This document shows positions 39,209 to 51,722 of a stretch of DNA of 64,000 nt, piece after piece. The notes under the pieces were generated by a model. It made no database searches. It was not told the DNA's origin and saw only the letters and a program-made list of their open reading frames with translations. The stretch comes from Octopus sinensis (Eukaryota). The stretch spans positions 10,912,001 to 10,976,000 of the forward strand of contig NC_043003.1 in assembly GCF_006345805.1 (NCBI RefSeq), written 5' to 3'. The first letter of the stretch is position 1. Each line of letters starts with the position of its first letter. The translations under genes and the position numbers were made by a program.

Positions 39209-39261
<53 letters not shown>

Positions 39262-39377
39262 TGTATATGTACATATATATATGTATATATATATGTATAT
39301 ATGTATGTATATATGTGTGTGTGTGTGTGTGTATGTATATATATGTATGTATACACACACATGTGTACACATATATA

Positions 39378-39419
<42 letters not shown>

Positions 39420-39719
39420 GATATATTAAAACGGTATATATCTATGTTGCTATATGACTGGTGTCTACTTTGGCTACATATACTGTCTACTAAAAGCCGC
39501 CAAGTTCTATTCTTTTGTCTATTAATCCAGAAACTTCCTTTTTTTATTGTTGTTGTTGTTGTTGTTGTTTCATTTGTTGCTTCCTTTTATTTGTTTCTTT
39601 ATTTCATTGCATTTTACACTGTGGTTACTAGGCAACCGATAAATCAATGAATTGATCTATCTTTCCAATTGTCCACTCATTCAATGGTTTGTGCATCCAT
39701 TCACCCTTCTGTTCTTACA

Positions 39720-39768
39720 TCTGTCTATTTATTTATCTATCTATCTTTCTACCAACCTACCTACTTAC

Positions 39769-39841
<73 letters not shown>

Positions 39842-39945
39842 GGTCAGTCTATCTGTCTGTCTATCTGTCAGTCTATCTGTCTGTCTGTCCGTCTATCTAT
39901 CTATCTACCTACATATCTATCTATATCTATCTATATCTATCTATC

Positions 39946-40003
<58 letters not shown>

Positions 40004-40073
40004 ACCTCTCTCTCTCTCCATCTATCCATCTACCTACTTATCTATTATCTATCTATGTATCCATCTATATGTA

Positions 40074-40125
<52 letters not shown>

Positions 40126-40270
40126 ATATATATATCTGTCTGTCTATCTACATATCTATTTATCTATATGTCTATCTGCCCATCTATCTATTTATCTATC
40201 TATCTTTCATCTCTCTCTCTCTCTCTCCATCCATTTATCAATCTATCTATCTGCATGGTCTATCTATGCA
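39720..40270. repeat. (TATC)n tetranucleotide microsatellite complex
   Basis: Direct inspection. Confidence 0.9.
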
Positions 40271-40550
40271 CCTCTGTCTTTCTCTCTTCCCACTTTGCTT
40301 CTGAATGTATATAGAATGGCAAGTTATTCAGTAGGTAGGTAGGTAGGTAAGTGGGCAGGGTGGCAGACCCTACCCATATTGACAAACAGAAAGAAAAATA
40401 GACAGAATTTAGCTAAAGCCAAATGGTTCTATAAACATGTCTCCATCTATAGCTTTATGAATATTATATGTTAATATCTCTCTATATTATTCTTCCAAAC
40501 CCATTTCTCTTTCTAATCCTCTTATCCTCCCCCTACAACCCACCTATCCA

Positions 40551-40589
<39 letters not shown>

Positions 40590-41340
40590 GTATACATATA
40601 GGGTGCAGGCATGGCTGTGTGGTAAGAAGCCTACTTTCTAACCCCATGGTTCCGGGTTCAGTCCCACTGCATGGCATCTCGGGCAAGTGTCTTCTGCTAT
40701 GACCTCAGGCTGACCAAAGCCTCATGAGTGGATTTGGTAGATGGAAACTGAAAGTGACCATCACTACATGTTCTTCACTATGAAGAACATGTAGATACAT
40801 GCAAGTTCACATATATAATGCATTAAGACGAACCATAACCTTTGATCCATTGAACTTAACCCCTTAATGAAAAGAAAAATTGTTAACATTAATGACAATT
40901 ATTTTTCAAAAAGAACAGGGGAGTGAACTTTGAAATTTAACTTGAGTAAAAATTTATTAGTTATGCTGTGTGAGTTTGCTCCCTTGTCTTCTGTGAAAAA
41001 TTGTCATTAATTGTAATAACTTGTTTTTTGTATGTTATGAGTTTAATTTCAGATGATTCTATACTGCTGGTGACTCTGTAGTGCTGTCTTCTATAGAGTG
41101 GTGTCACCCACTCCGTAGTACTATCTCAGATAGTATTGTAGGACCAACTATGGTATTGTCTTCTAATAGGTAATATGTGCTACATTACTATCTTCAATAC
41201 TGTTGTGTGATCCATAGTGTAATGTTTTATAATGTTGTACACACACACATACAAACACACACCATGATCATCATGATCCTCATGTAACATCTGTTTTCCA
41301 TGCTGGCATGGGTTGGACACCATCAATAAACATATGGTAC

Positions 41341-41554
41341 TCTTTTACTCGTTTCAGTCATTTGACTGTGGCCATGCTGGAGCACCGCCTTTAGTCGAGC
41401 AAATTGACCCCAGGACTTATTCTTTGTAAGCCTAGTACTTATTCTATCGGTCTCTTTTGCTGAACCGCGAAGTTACGGGGACATACGCACACCAGCATCA
41501 GTTGTCAAGCGATGTTGGGGGGACAAACACAGACACACAAACATATACACACAC

Positions 41555-41593
<39 letters not shown>

Positions 41594-41756
41594 CGATGGG
41601 ATTCTTTCAGTTTCCATCTACCAAATCTACTCACAAGGCTTTGGTCGCCCTAAGGCTATAGTAGAAGACACTTGCCTGAGGTGCCACACAGTGGGACTGA
41701 ACCTGGAATCATGTGGTTTGTAAGCAAGCTACTTACCACACAGCCACTCCTACGCC
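41341..41756 (-). mobile_element. SINE family A inserted in the first copy of a local tandem duplication
   Basis: Full SINE; flanks 41263-41336 and 41770-41845 recur at 41889-41978 and 41989-42062. Confidence 0.8.
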
Positions 41757-41847
41757 TATAATACGCATTTATATTATGCAGATATATATAACATATACGG
41801 ATAATATATACACATATACATAAGAATAACATAGACATACAGACAGG

Positions 41848-41883
<36 letters not shown>

Positions 41884-42259
41884 CACATCATGATCATCAT
41901 GATCCTCATCATCATCATGTTCATCATTTAACGTCTGTTTTCCATGCTGGCATGGGTTGGACACCATCAATAAACATATATTACAATAATATTATGCAAA
42001 TATGTATAACATATACACATAATATATGCACATATAGATATGAATAACATAGACAGACAGATACACACACACAGAGAGTTAGAGAGAGAGAGAAAGAGAG
42101 AGAGAGAGAGGTATATACTCAGAAAGAGAGTTAAAGACACCATTGAAGGTTAAAAACTCAATAGATTCTAGACAGGTTTCGATTGTTATATAATCTTGGG
42201 AAGAGAAAAGGAATCACGTCTGCAGAGTCTTGGAGCATTCTACAGCAAATAACCTCCCT

Positions 42260-43865
42260 CAAACACACACATTCATACATACACACGCATTCACATCTAC
42301 ATTACACATACGTACGCATACATACATATACACTTATATATACACATCTATAAACAGGTAGAGATATACGTACCTGACAAGGATATGGATACACAAACAT
42401 AAATGGACATACACACACACACACACACACACACAGAGACAGACATACATTTTGGACAATTATATATACATACTCCGTAAGCTCATAAATACACCAGTAC
42501 AACTGGACACACTCACACACAGACATACACATACACACACGTACACACATATACATATTATACAAGCGCATAGACACAGAAAGATAAATGTACACACAGA
42601 CACACACACACATACATACATACATACACACACATACATACATGCATACATACATACATACATGCATACACACATACATACACACATACATACACACATA
42701 CATACACACATACATACACACATACATACACACATACATACATACATACATACATACATACATGCATACATACATACATACACTCACAACACATACATAC
42801 ATACATACATGCATACATACATACATACATGCATACACACATCCATACACACATACATACATACATACATACACTCACACACATACATACATACATACAT
42901 GCATACATACATACATACATACACTCACACACATACATACATACATACATACACACACACACATACATACATGCATGCATACATCCAGATGTACATACAT
43001 ACACTGGGTATTCTGTCATCTCCTCTGCATACATACATATAAATATACATATATATACATACATATATACACACAAATCTGCACATGCATACACATATAC
43101 ATACCTGCATACATGCACTTATATATATACACAGATATAAATTGACCACTGACATACGTATGCACACATATATATATATCTATACTGTACCAGCACACAT
43201 ACACAAAGATAAGTGGACATACACACACACAGACACACACATGCATGCACACATCCAAACACACACACATTCATACATGCATACATACATACATACATGC
43301 ATACACTTATATATACACATACATATACAAACATATACATATACATTTATATATACACATACATACATGCACACATTCAAACACACACACACATTCATAC
43401 ATGCATACATCTATATATACACATAAATATACAAATATATACATATACATTTATATATACACATACATACATGCACACATTCAAACTCACACACATTTAT
43501 ACATGCATACATTAATATATACACAGATATAAAGTGGCCACAGACATACATATGCACACACATACATACATGCACACATTCAAACACACACACATTCATA
43601 CATGCATACATTTATATATACACATAAATAGACAAACATATACATATACGTTTATATATACACATGCATATACAAACATATACATATACCTTTATACATA
43701 CACATACATATACCTTTATACATACACATACATATACGTACATATACATACACATACATATACATACATATACAAACATATACATACTTGATACAAACAT
43801 ATACATACTCCACATACACACGCACACTCACACACAAACACACTGACACACTCACATACACGCAC
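42260..43865. repeat. (CA)n/(CATA)n compound microsatellite field
   Basis: Direct inspection. Confidence 0.9.
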
Positions 43866-44346
43866 AGAAGCTGAGATGTTTCTTGCAATCTCTTGTCTTG
43901 AAGAATGATACTTCCATGAGAAGAATCCTGTGTGTGATTAATGCAGAATGATTACAGTCCTGGACATCCTTTATGCTTGAAGAAAAATATTGGTCTTGGC
44001 CTCCCAGTTAGATGTTCCATGTAGATGTTCTTGTTGTTATTGTTGTCGTGTCATCCTGAGTCATTCCTGACCAAGCAATCTTGTGATCAAAGAATTCCCC
44101 CTTTTTACGACCAGTCTTTTTTTTTTTCTCCTTTCATAGACATATTATACTGAAGACTGTAGATACCTCATTTTCTTTGCAGTATAATTTGAGGATGATT
44201 TCGTTGCTATTTTCAGCAGGTCAATCAATGACATATCTGTTACTTCATTTACTTATAGTTTAATGTTGCCGTTGTAGTTATTTATGCTGTGGGTCATCCT
44301 TTTGTGTACTGACCCTAGCATTGAACTCACAAGAAAATAAAATGTG

Positions 44347-44518
44347 TATGATGTGGTATCAAAAAGTTCCAGGTCTAGTTCTGTAGCACACCAACAGATG
44401 GCAGCACATGGTTGCACGTGCAGTGAGAGCTAGCAGTGACCTTTATAAAGCAGTGGGCCTAGTGACATTGCTGTGTTTACTTTACAAGTTGTGAAATTTG
44501 TGTTTTTGTGATCATGTG
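44347..44518 (+). mobile_element. Probable mariner left-end relic, followed by a SINE A head
   Basis: TATGATGTGGTATCAAAAAGTTCC terminus and CCAACAGATGGCAGCAC subterminal motif resemble mariner ends; no coding remnant. Confidence 0.4.
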
Positions 44519-44702
44519 GTGCAGGAGTGGTTGTGTAGTAAGTAGCTTGCTTACGAACCACATGGTTCTGGGTTCAGTCCCACTGTGTGGCACCTTGGGC
44601 AAGTGTCTTCTACTATAGCCTCGGGTCGACCAAAGCGCTCGGTAGTGAAGTGAAAGCATGTTATAAAAATTAGACTACTGAATAATTATAATGATGATGT
44701 TG

Positions 44703-44741
<39 letters not shown>

Positions 44742-44955
44742 GATTCAAATTTTGCCACAAGGGCAACAATTTTGGGGGAGAGGGATGAGTCAATTATATC
44801 GACCCCAGTGTTCAACTGGTACTTATTTTATTGACCCAGAAATGAAGAAAGGCAAAGTCAACCTTGGTGGAATTTGAACTCAGAACGTAGCAACAGGTGA
44901 AATACTGGTAAGCATTTTGTCCTGTGCACAAACAATTCTGCCAGCTCGCTACCTT
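44742..44955 (-). mobile_element. SINE family C
   Basis: Core AAAGGCAAAGTCAACC..GGAATTTGAACTCAGAAC; (AAT)n tail. Confidence 0.8.
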
Positions 44956-45024
44956 CCAACAACAACAACAACAACAACAATAATAATAATAATAATGATG
45001 ATGATGATGATGATGAAGAAAAAA

Positions 45025-45740
45025 CCTTTTATTGGCCACAAGGGCTTGCATACAAAACATTAAAAGACACACAACAACATAAAATACAAAAACAGGACAT
45101 TAAAATGGGTTTTACTATGTGTACACAATATAATATCAGTAAAAATTAAACAAATAGGAGTGGCTGTGTGGTAAGTAGCTTGCTTACGAACCACATGGTT
45201 CCAGGTTCAGTCCCACTACATGGGACTGAAGTGTCTTCTACTATAGCCTCGGGCTGACCAAAGCCTTGTGAGTGGATTTAGTAGACGGAAACTGAAAGAA
45301 GCCCATCTTATATATGTATAATATATCTGTATGTGTGTGTATATGTTTGTGTGTCTGTGTTTGTCCCCCCCAACATTGCTTGACAACCGATGCTGATGTG
45401 TTTACGTCCCCGTAACTTAGTGGTTTGGCAAAAGAGACCGATAGAATAAGTACTAGGCTTACAAAAGAATAAATCTTGGGGTCGATTTGCTTGACTAAAG
45501 GCGGTGCTCCAGCATGGCCGCAGTTAAATGCCTGAAAAAAGTAAAAGAGTAAAAGAGTAAATTAAAACTCCCAATAGGGGAGGCGCTTTAAAGTCCTCGT
45601 GGAAAAACCCCACAAAATTCACGGCTGCCAGAACAACAGGGTAAGAGCCCTTCTCCTATTTTTTAACAGATGCATGCTCAGAATTAGTCCCTTCACACTG
45701 GCCATTCTTCCAGCATCCACCGACCTTTAAACAAACTTGT
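45025..45740 (-). mobile_element. Probable L1/Tx1-like LINE 3' end interrupted by SINE A (45156-45560, +)
   Basis: Minus strand KFV*RSVDAGRMASV C-terminal remnant, T-rich 3' UTR, terminus AGCCCTTGTGGCCAATAAAA. Confidence 0.45.
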
Positions 45741-46215
45741 TAACAGCAACCGCAATGATAATACAAAGATAGTTGTAATTGTTGATTAGGTGTCAGTGCT
45801 CTGGCTAAAAGGCTGGCAATTTGAAAATTAACATTAGCATTGCTGTGTATCCATTATGAGCTAACTCCTAAATGCTTAACTCTTAAATGCTCGTTCCGTT
45901 TCGTCGTTAGTAATTACTATAAACGAGAACAACTCAACTGTTAGAACAAACAGTGAATTACTATTGTATAACTTATTAATCTTTTCATTAGCTTAGAGTG
46001 GTTAGCTCATTATTTTTCTATGATATGAGCTCCGTCAACTTATTGTAATCTTGGCTTTGCTATTGTGTGGTTTCAGGTTCAGTCCCATTGTGTGTGACAT
46101 TTTTGGCAAATGTTTTCTGCTATAAACCTCTCCCCCTGCTCCACTCGGCTGACCAGAGCCTTGTCAGAGGATTTGGTGGATGGAAACTGGAAGAAGACTA
46201 TTTTCTCTGTGTGGT

Positions 46216-46263
<48 letters not shown>

Positions 46264-46435
46264 TAAATATGTATACAAAATTAAGAGGAATGACCACTAA
46301 AGTGGACACCTAATATGCTAAACATAGATGTCAAATCACCATGAAGAGTGTGTTCTCAAGAAAAATCTCAGCAAAGCGCCAAAATGTAAAAAATGAGCAA
46401 GACAAATGAAAACATGCAAAATAAAAAACGATTAC

Positions 46436-46508
46436 CTATGTACCATGGTTTCACTTGTTAATATCTATGTATGCAATCATGTAGATATCTGCAAGATCGT
46501 CAGCGTAG
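46436..46508 (-). ncRNA. Type I hammerhead ribozyme (left arm)
   Basis: CTACG-CTGACGA-TCTTG...CAAGT-GAAA-CCATGG-TA-CATAG. Confidence 0.7.
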
Positions 46509-46642
46509 TCTGTCACTTACAAAACACAATTTCCAGAACTAGATACAGAATGTTCAATCGAAACAGAACATGTATAAAGTTCTACATTTTATATTTGAGT
46601 GGATTTTCCAAATGTCTTCACTTTGGCGCGCTGTGTGACAGA

Positions 46643-46716
46643 CTATGCTGACGATCTTGCAGATATCTGTGTGTTTGCATACATAGATATTAACGAGTGA
46701 AACCATTGGTATGTAG
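46643..46716 (+). ncRNA. Type I hammerhead ribozyme (right arm)
   Basis: CTATG-CTGACGA-TCTTG.ATATCTGTGT/ACATAGATAT.CGAGT-GAAA-CCATTGG-TA-TGTAG. Confidence 0.75.
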
Positions 46717-47214
46717 GTAATCATTTCGTATATTTTCATTTTTCTTACTCATTTTTACATTTTGGTGTTTTGCTGAGATTTTTCTTGAGAACACACTCTT
46801 TGTGGTAATGACGATTTGACGTCTATGTTTAGCATATTAGGTATCCACTTTAGTGGTCACTCCTCTTAATTTTGTATGTATCACAATTTTTAATCTTCAA
46901 ATTTTTCAAATATGCTACACCACTAGTTTTAATTGATTGATATCAATTTCTACCCTTATTTAATTTTAAATATAAATATGTATATATAGGTACAGGAGCA
47001 ACTGTGTGGTAAGTAGCTTGCTTACCAGCCTCATGGTTCCTGGTTCAGTCCTACTGTGGTGTAGGTGTGTTTATGTCACTGTAACTTAGCAGTTTGGCAA
47101 AAGAGATTTATAGGGTTACCCTGGCTGTTTTTTATGTGGCACCAACGGCAGTGAGGTCACCATGTAACCTGCGAGACATAAATATCCAGACATATATATA
47201 TATTAATCTTCTAT

Positions 47215-47456
47215 TTTTATCTTTTGCTTGTTTCAGTCATTCAACTGTGGTCATGCTGGGGCACCGCCTTCAATTTTTAGTTGAATGAATCGACCCCAGC
47301 ACTTATTTCTTAAGCTTGTTATTTATTTTATCAGCCTCTTTTGCCAAACTGCTAAGTTATAGTGACGTAAATACACCAACACCAGTTATCAAGTAGCGGT
47401 GGAGGGACAAATACAAACACATATAGATATACATATATATATATACACACACACAC

Positions 47457-47523
<67 letters not shown>

Positions 47524-47694
47524 CATATATACAACGGGCTTCTTTCAGTTTCTGTCAACCAAATCTGCTCACAAGGCTTTGGTTGGCCTGAAGCTAATGT
47601 AGAAGACACTTGCCCATGGTGCCATGCAGTGGGACTGAACCCAGAACCATGTGGTTGGTAAGCAAGCTACTTACCACACAGCCATGCCTGCACC
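47215..47694 (-). mobile_element. SINE family A
   Basis: Reverse-complement head and tail; partial + copies on both sides. Confidence 0.8.
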
Positions 47695-47827
47695 TATGTG
47701 TGTGTGCATGTGTGTGTTTACATGGTTCCGGGTTCAGTCCCATTGCATGACACCTTGGGCAAGTGTCTTCTACATTAGCTTCAGGCCGACCAAAGCCTTG
47801 TGAGCAGATATGTATATATATATATAT

Positions 47828-48395
47828 GAACGTGGCCATTGCCAGTGCAGCCTCGACTGGCTTCTGTTCTGGTGGCACACAAAAAGCACCATCCGAACGT
47901 GGACCGATGCCAACCCCGCCTCGAATGGCTTCTGTGCTGGTGGCACATAAAAAGCACCATCCGAACGTGGCCGATGCCAGCACCGCCTTGACTGGCTTCT
48001 GTGCCGGTGGCACATAAAAAGCACCATCCGAACGTGACCGATGTCAATCCTGCCACGAATGGCTTCTGTGCCGATGGCACATAAAAAGCACCATCCGAAC
48101 GTGGCCGATGCCAGCACCGCCTTGACTGGCTTCTGTGCCGGTAGCACATAAAAAAAGCACCAACCGATCGTGGCCGATGTCAGACCCCTCTGGCACCTGT
48201 GCAGGTGGCACGTAAAAAGCACCCACTACACTCGCGGAGTGGTTGGCATTAGGAAGGGCATCCAGCTGTAGAAACACTGCCAGATCAGACTGGAGCCTGG
48301 GGCAGCCCCTGGCTCCCCAGACCCCGGTCGAACCGTCCAACCCGTGCTAGCGCGGAAAACGGACGTTAAACGATGATGATGATGATGATGATGAT
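47828..48395 (+). mobile_element. RTE 3' UTR/tail with about six ~62-bp tandem units
   Basis: Repeated GGCACATAAAAAGCACCATCCGAACGTG; (GAT)n tail. Confidence 0.85.
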
Positions 48396-49609
48396 GTATA
48401 ACTATGTATACCTATCTATGTGTGTTTATGTTTGTTCCTCCACCACTGCTTGACAACCAGTGTTGGTGGGTTTACATCACTGTAACTTAGCGGTGCCCCA
48501 GAAAGGCTGCAGTCTAATGATTGAAACAAGCAAAAGATAAAAATAGAAGATAGAGACATATTTATGGATATTTGTGTCTTGCAGGTTACATGGTGACCTC
48601 ACTGCTGGTGGTGCCACATAAAAAGCAGCCAGAATAGTACACTCAGTAATGTGTTTGGTGTTAGGAAGCACATCCAGCCATAGAAACTATGCCAAGACAA
48701 ACAGCAGAGCTTGGTGCAGTCCTCTGGCCTGTCAGCTCCAGTCAGGCCATTCAACTTATGCCAGCATGGAAAACAGATGTTAAATGATGAGAATAATTAC
48801 AATGAGGATGAGATATATTCAAAGAAACAAAACAAAACAGACCTATACTGCAACAGCACGATGAATCAATATTGAAAATAATGCATACATCTCTCTCTCT
48901 CTCTCTCTCTCTTCTCTTTACATATATATATATATATATATATATGTAAACGTAAAAAAATACAAACTGGGACAAGAACGTGAAACACCCAGAAGACGAT
49001 ACAAAAAACACGGATGGGACATTTGAAGCCTTCAATCCCCAGTCAAGAAACGGACCATCCCCGCAACTTCGGCCGACCAATCTTGAGATTGCTCTGATCT
49101 GGCCAGACCCAAAGGAAAATCTAAGCCAAGCGCACCAGATTCCCCGGAAGAAAGCCCCGAATGTACACAAAACAAGGACGGAAAACCGGACGATGCCACA
49201 CGAATAAAAATACAAAAACACGTAAAAACAATAATGATAACACGAATAAGAATGCAAAATACGTAAAAACAATAATGATAACACGAATAAGAATACAAAA
49301 ATACGTAAAAACAATAATGAATAATAATAATAACAAAAACAGGACGTCACAGACAAGCGTCTTTTCGACAGGACGAGTAAATTTTTTGAGCTGGCGTTAG
49401 AAGAAAGCCTTAGGGCTACAGAGAGGAAAAAAAATTGTGTCTTGCCGCAACGGCTGCTGGACACAAAAGGCCAGCAATCGGTTGGCTAGTCACATGTGAG
49501 GGAAAGAGAGAGGAAACGAGGGACAGATGAAGAAAGAAAGAAGGGGAACAAGGAACAAAGGAGGAGAAGAGAGAGAGAGAAAGAGACAGATCAAGTGGAG
49601 TGCAAAGTA

Positions 49610-49652
<43 letters not shown>

Positions 49653-49759
49653 TATATATATATGTATACATATAAATACTATATATATATATAAATTATT
49701 TCGTAATGAGATAAAAAAAACCAAGGCTGTGTAGATTTTAGAACATTTATAGATAGAAG

Positions 49760-49811
49760 GTCTTACAGCTGTTTCCAGGATATTTATTTCTTATATCCCT
49801 TCATCAGAGAC
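49760..49811 (-). ncRNA. Type I hammerhead ribozyme in Penelope-like relic (~49695-50012)
   Basis: GTCT-CTGATGA-AGGGATAT(AAGAAATAA)ATATCCTG-GAAA-CAGCTG-TA-AGAC. Confidence 0.8.
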
Positions 49812-50046
49812 GGTGTGAGAGGATGGTTAAGAAATAGTTAATTTAGATAGGATACAAAATAGAGAGTGAGGTGGAAGAAATAAAAGAAAATCGATGTGAG
49901 ATATTTAGGGATATTGCATTTGCAGATCCATTTTTTTAGGCAGAATGGTATATATATAATATTCAAATACCCTATGAGTAAAATCCAATAGATTTTAAAA
50001 ATGTCATTCCAAGTGTGTGTGTATGTGTGTATATATATAATAGTAT

Positions 50047-50108
<62 letters not shown>

Positions 50109-50113
<5 letters not shown>

Positions 50114-50330
50114 TAATTACTGGTGAAGGCCATTTTATAGGGTTACCCTGGGTTTCTTCCTATAAAGTTACCTTTATGGCATATCTTCAGACCCTAAGAC
50201 CTGTTGGCCATATTTTAAAGAGGCCATAGGCCAACAGGTCTTAGGGTCAAAAGATATGCCACAAAGGTACCCTCTATAGTGATAAACACAGGGTAACCCT
50301 ATAAAGTGACCTTCACCAGTAATTAATATA
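50109..50330. mobile_element. Penelope-like inverted repeat (~100-bp arms)
   Basis: Arms 50109-50209 and 50229-50330; (TA)n flanks. Confidence 0.75.
50138..50196 (-). ncRNA. Type I hammerhead ribozyme (mirror copy in the right arm has a decayed core)
   Basis: TAGGGT-CTGAAGA-TATGCCATAAAG(GTAA)CTTTATAGGAA-GAAA-CCCAGGG-TA-ACCCTA. Confidence 0.75.
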
Positions 50331-50390
50331 GACTGCTCTACTTCTTGGAGTGTTTCTTCTCCTGGATTTTATGTTTTTCTAAAAAATGAG

Positions 50391-50446
<56 letters not shown>

Positions 50447-50449
<3 letters not shown>

Positions 50450-51243
50450 GACATGTGTGCGAACAGCGATGCTACATGGCATGAAAACATGGACTGTGAC
50501 TACTGAGGACATGTGTAAGCTTGCAAGGAATGAAGCTAGTATGCTCCGCTGGATGTGTAATCTCAGTGTGCATACATGACAGAGTGTAAGTACCCTGAGA
50601 GAAAAGTTGGACATGAGAAGCATCGGATGTGGTGTGCAAGGGAGACAACTGTGCTGGTATGGTCGTGTGTTGCGTATGGATGAAGACAGCTGTGGGAAAA
50701 AGCATCACACCCTAGCAATAGAGGGAACCTGTGGAAGAGGTAGACCCAGGAAGACCTGAGATGAAGTGTTGAAGCACGATCTTTGAACGTTGGGCCTCAC
50801 CGAGGTGAGAACTTTGGAGATATGCTGCGCTTGAAAAGACCTGGCAAGCCAAGTGAAACCAGCCCATTTAAGCATACTCTTCAATCATTGGGCGATAAAC
50901 AGCGCTTGCAAAGACTTGTTGAGACAAGTGAAGTTGTCGTGGCCGATGACAGTACTGCCTGATTGGCACCTATGTGGGTGGCACGTAAAAAGCACCATTT
51001 GAGTGTGATCGATGCCAGTGCCGCCAGACTGGTCCCGTGCCAGTGGCATTTAAAGAACACCCACTACACTCTCACAGTGGTTGGTGTTAGAAAGCAGTAG
51101 AAACATTGCCAGATTGGATTGGAGCCTGGTGCAGCCTTCTGGCTTGCCAGCCCTCAGTCAAACCATCCAATCCATGCCAGCATGGAAAATGGACGTTAAA
51201 TGATGACGAGACGGCGATGATGATGATGATGATGATGATGATG
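50447..51243 (+). mobile_element. Older RTE LINE 3' fragment
   Basis: Decayed homolog of 17160-18180 (CVRTAMLHG..ARNEASMLRWMC..GRGRPRKT) with stops; (GAT)n tail. Confidence 0.9.
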
Positions 51244-51259
51244 TATATATATATATACT

Positions 51260-51722
51260 TTAGGTATGGTAGATGACTTCAGCAAAATTTAGATTCAAAT
51301 GAGGCACCAGAATTTAGTATGGTATTATCCATACAGTTTCAAAATAAGGTGATTAAAATCAAAATAAGCAACAAGGATATCCAGAGGTAATGCAGTACGA
51401 TCGTTTCATGCAACTCCATTTAATTGAACAATGTTAATCATTTCAACTAATTTGAAATGTAGGGCAATCTTCAGCTGCACAAAGACATAGAATTTACTTA
51501 AATTAGAACAGATGGACACATTAGTATAATTATACTTAAAATCTTGAAGAAGTTAAGGAGATAAACAAAAAAATGCTGCCTCACTCCAGCATAGAAGTTA
51601 CTCTATGCTGAAGATTGCTCTGCATTTCAAATTGATGTAATGATTGCATTCTTCAATTAAATGTAGTTGCATGAAACGATTGTACTGCATTACCTCTGGA
51701 TATCCTTGTTGCTTATTTTGAT
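51260..51722. mobile_element. Penelope-like inverted-repeat structure
   Basis: Arms ~51358-51475 and 51607-51722; third copy at 24985-25170. Confidence 0.75.
51390..51480 (-). ncRNA. Type I hammerhead ribozyme with extended stem II
   Basis: GTGCAG-CTGAAGA-TTGC[~50 nt incl. CATTTCAA/TTGAAATG hairpin]GCAT-GAAA-CGATCG-TA-CTGCAT. Confidence 0.8.

Larger units (their letters stand above)
46273..46990. mobile_element. Penelope-like inverted-repeat structure (~245-bp arms)
   Basis: Arms 46273-46516 and 46635-46877, each containing a hammerhead; (TA)n flanks. Confidence 0.8.
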
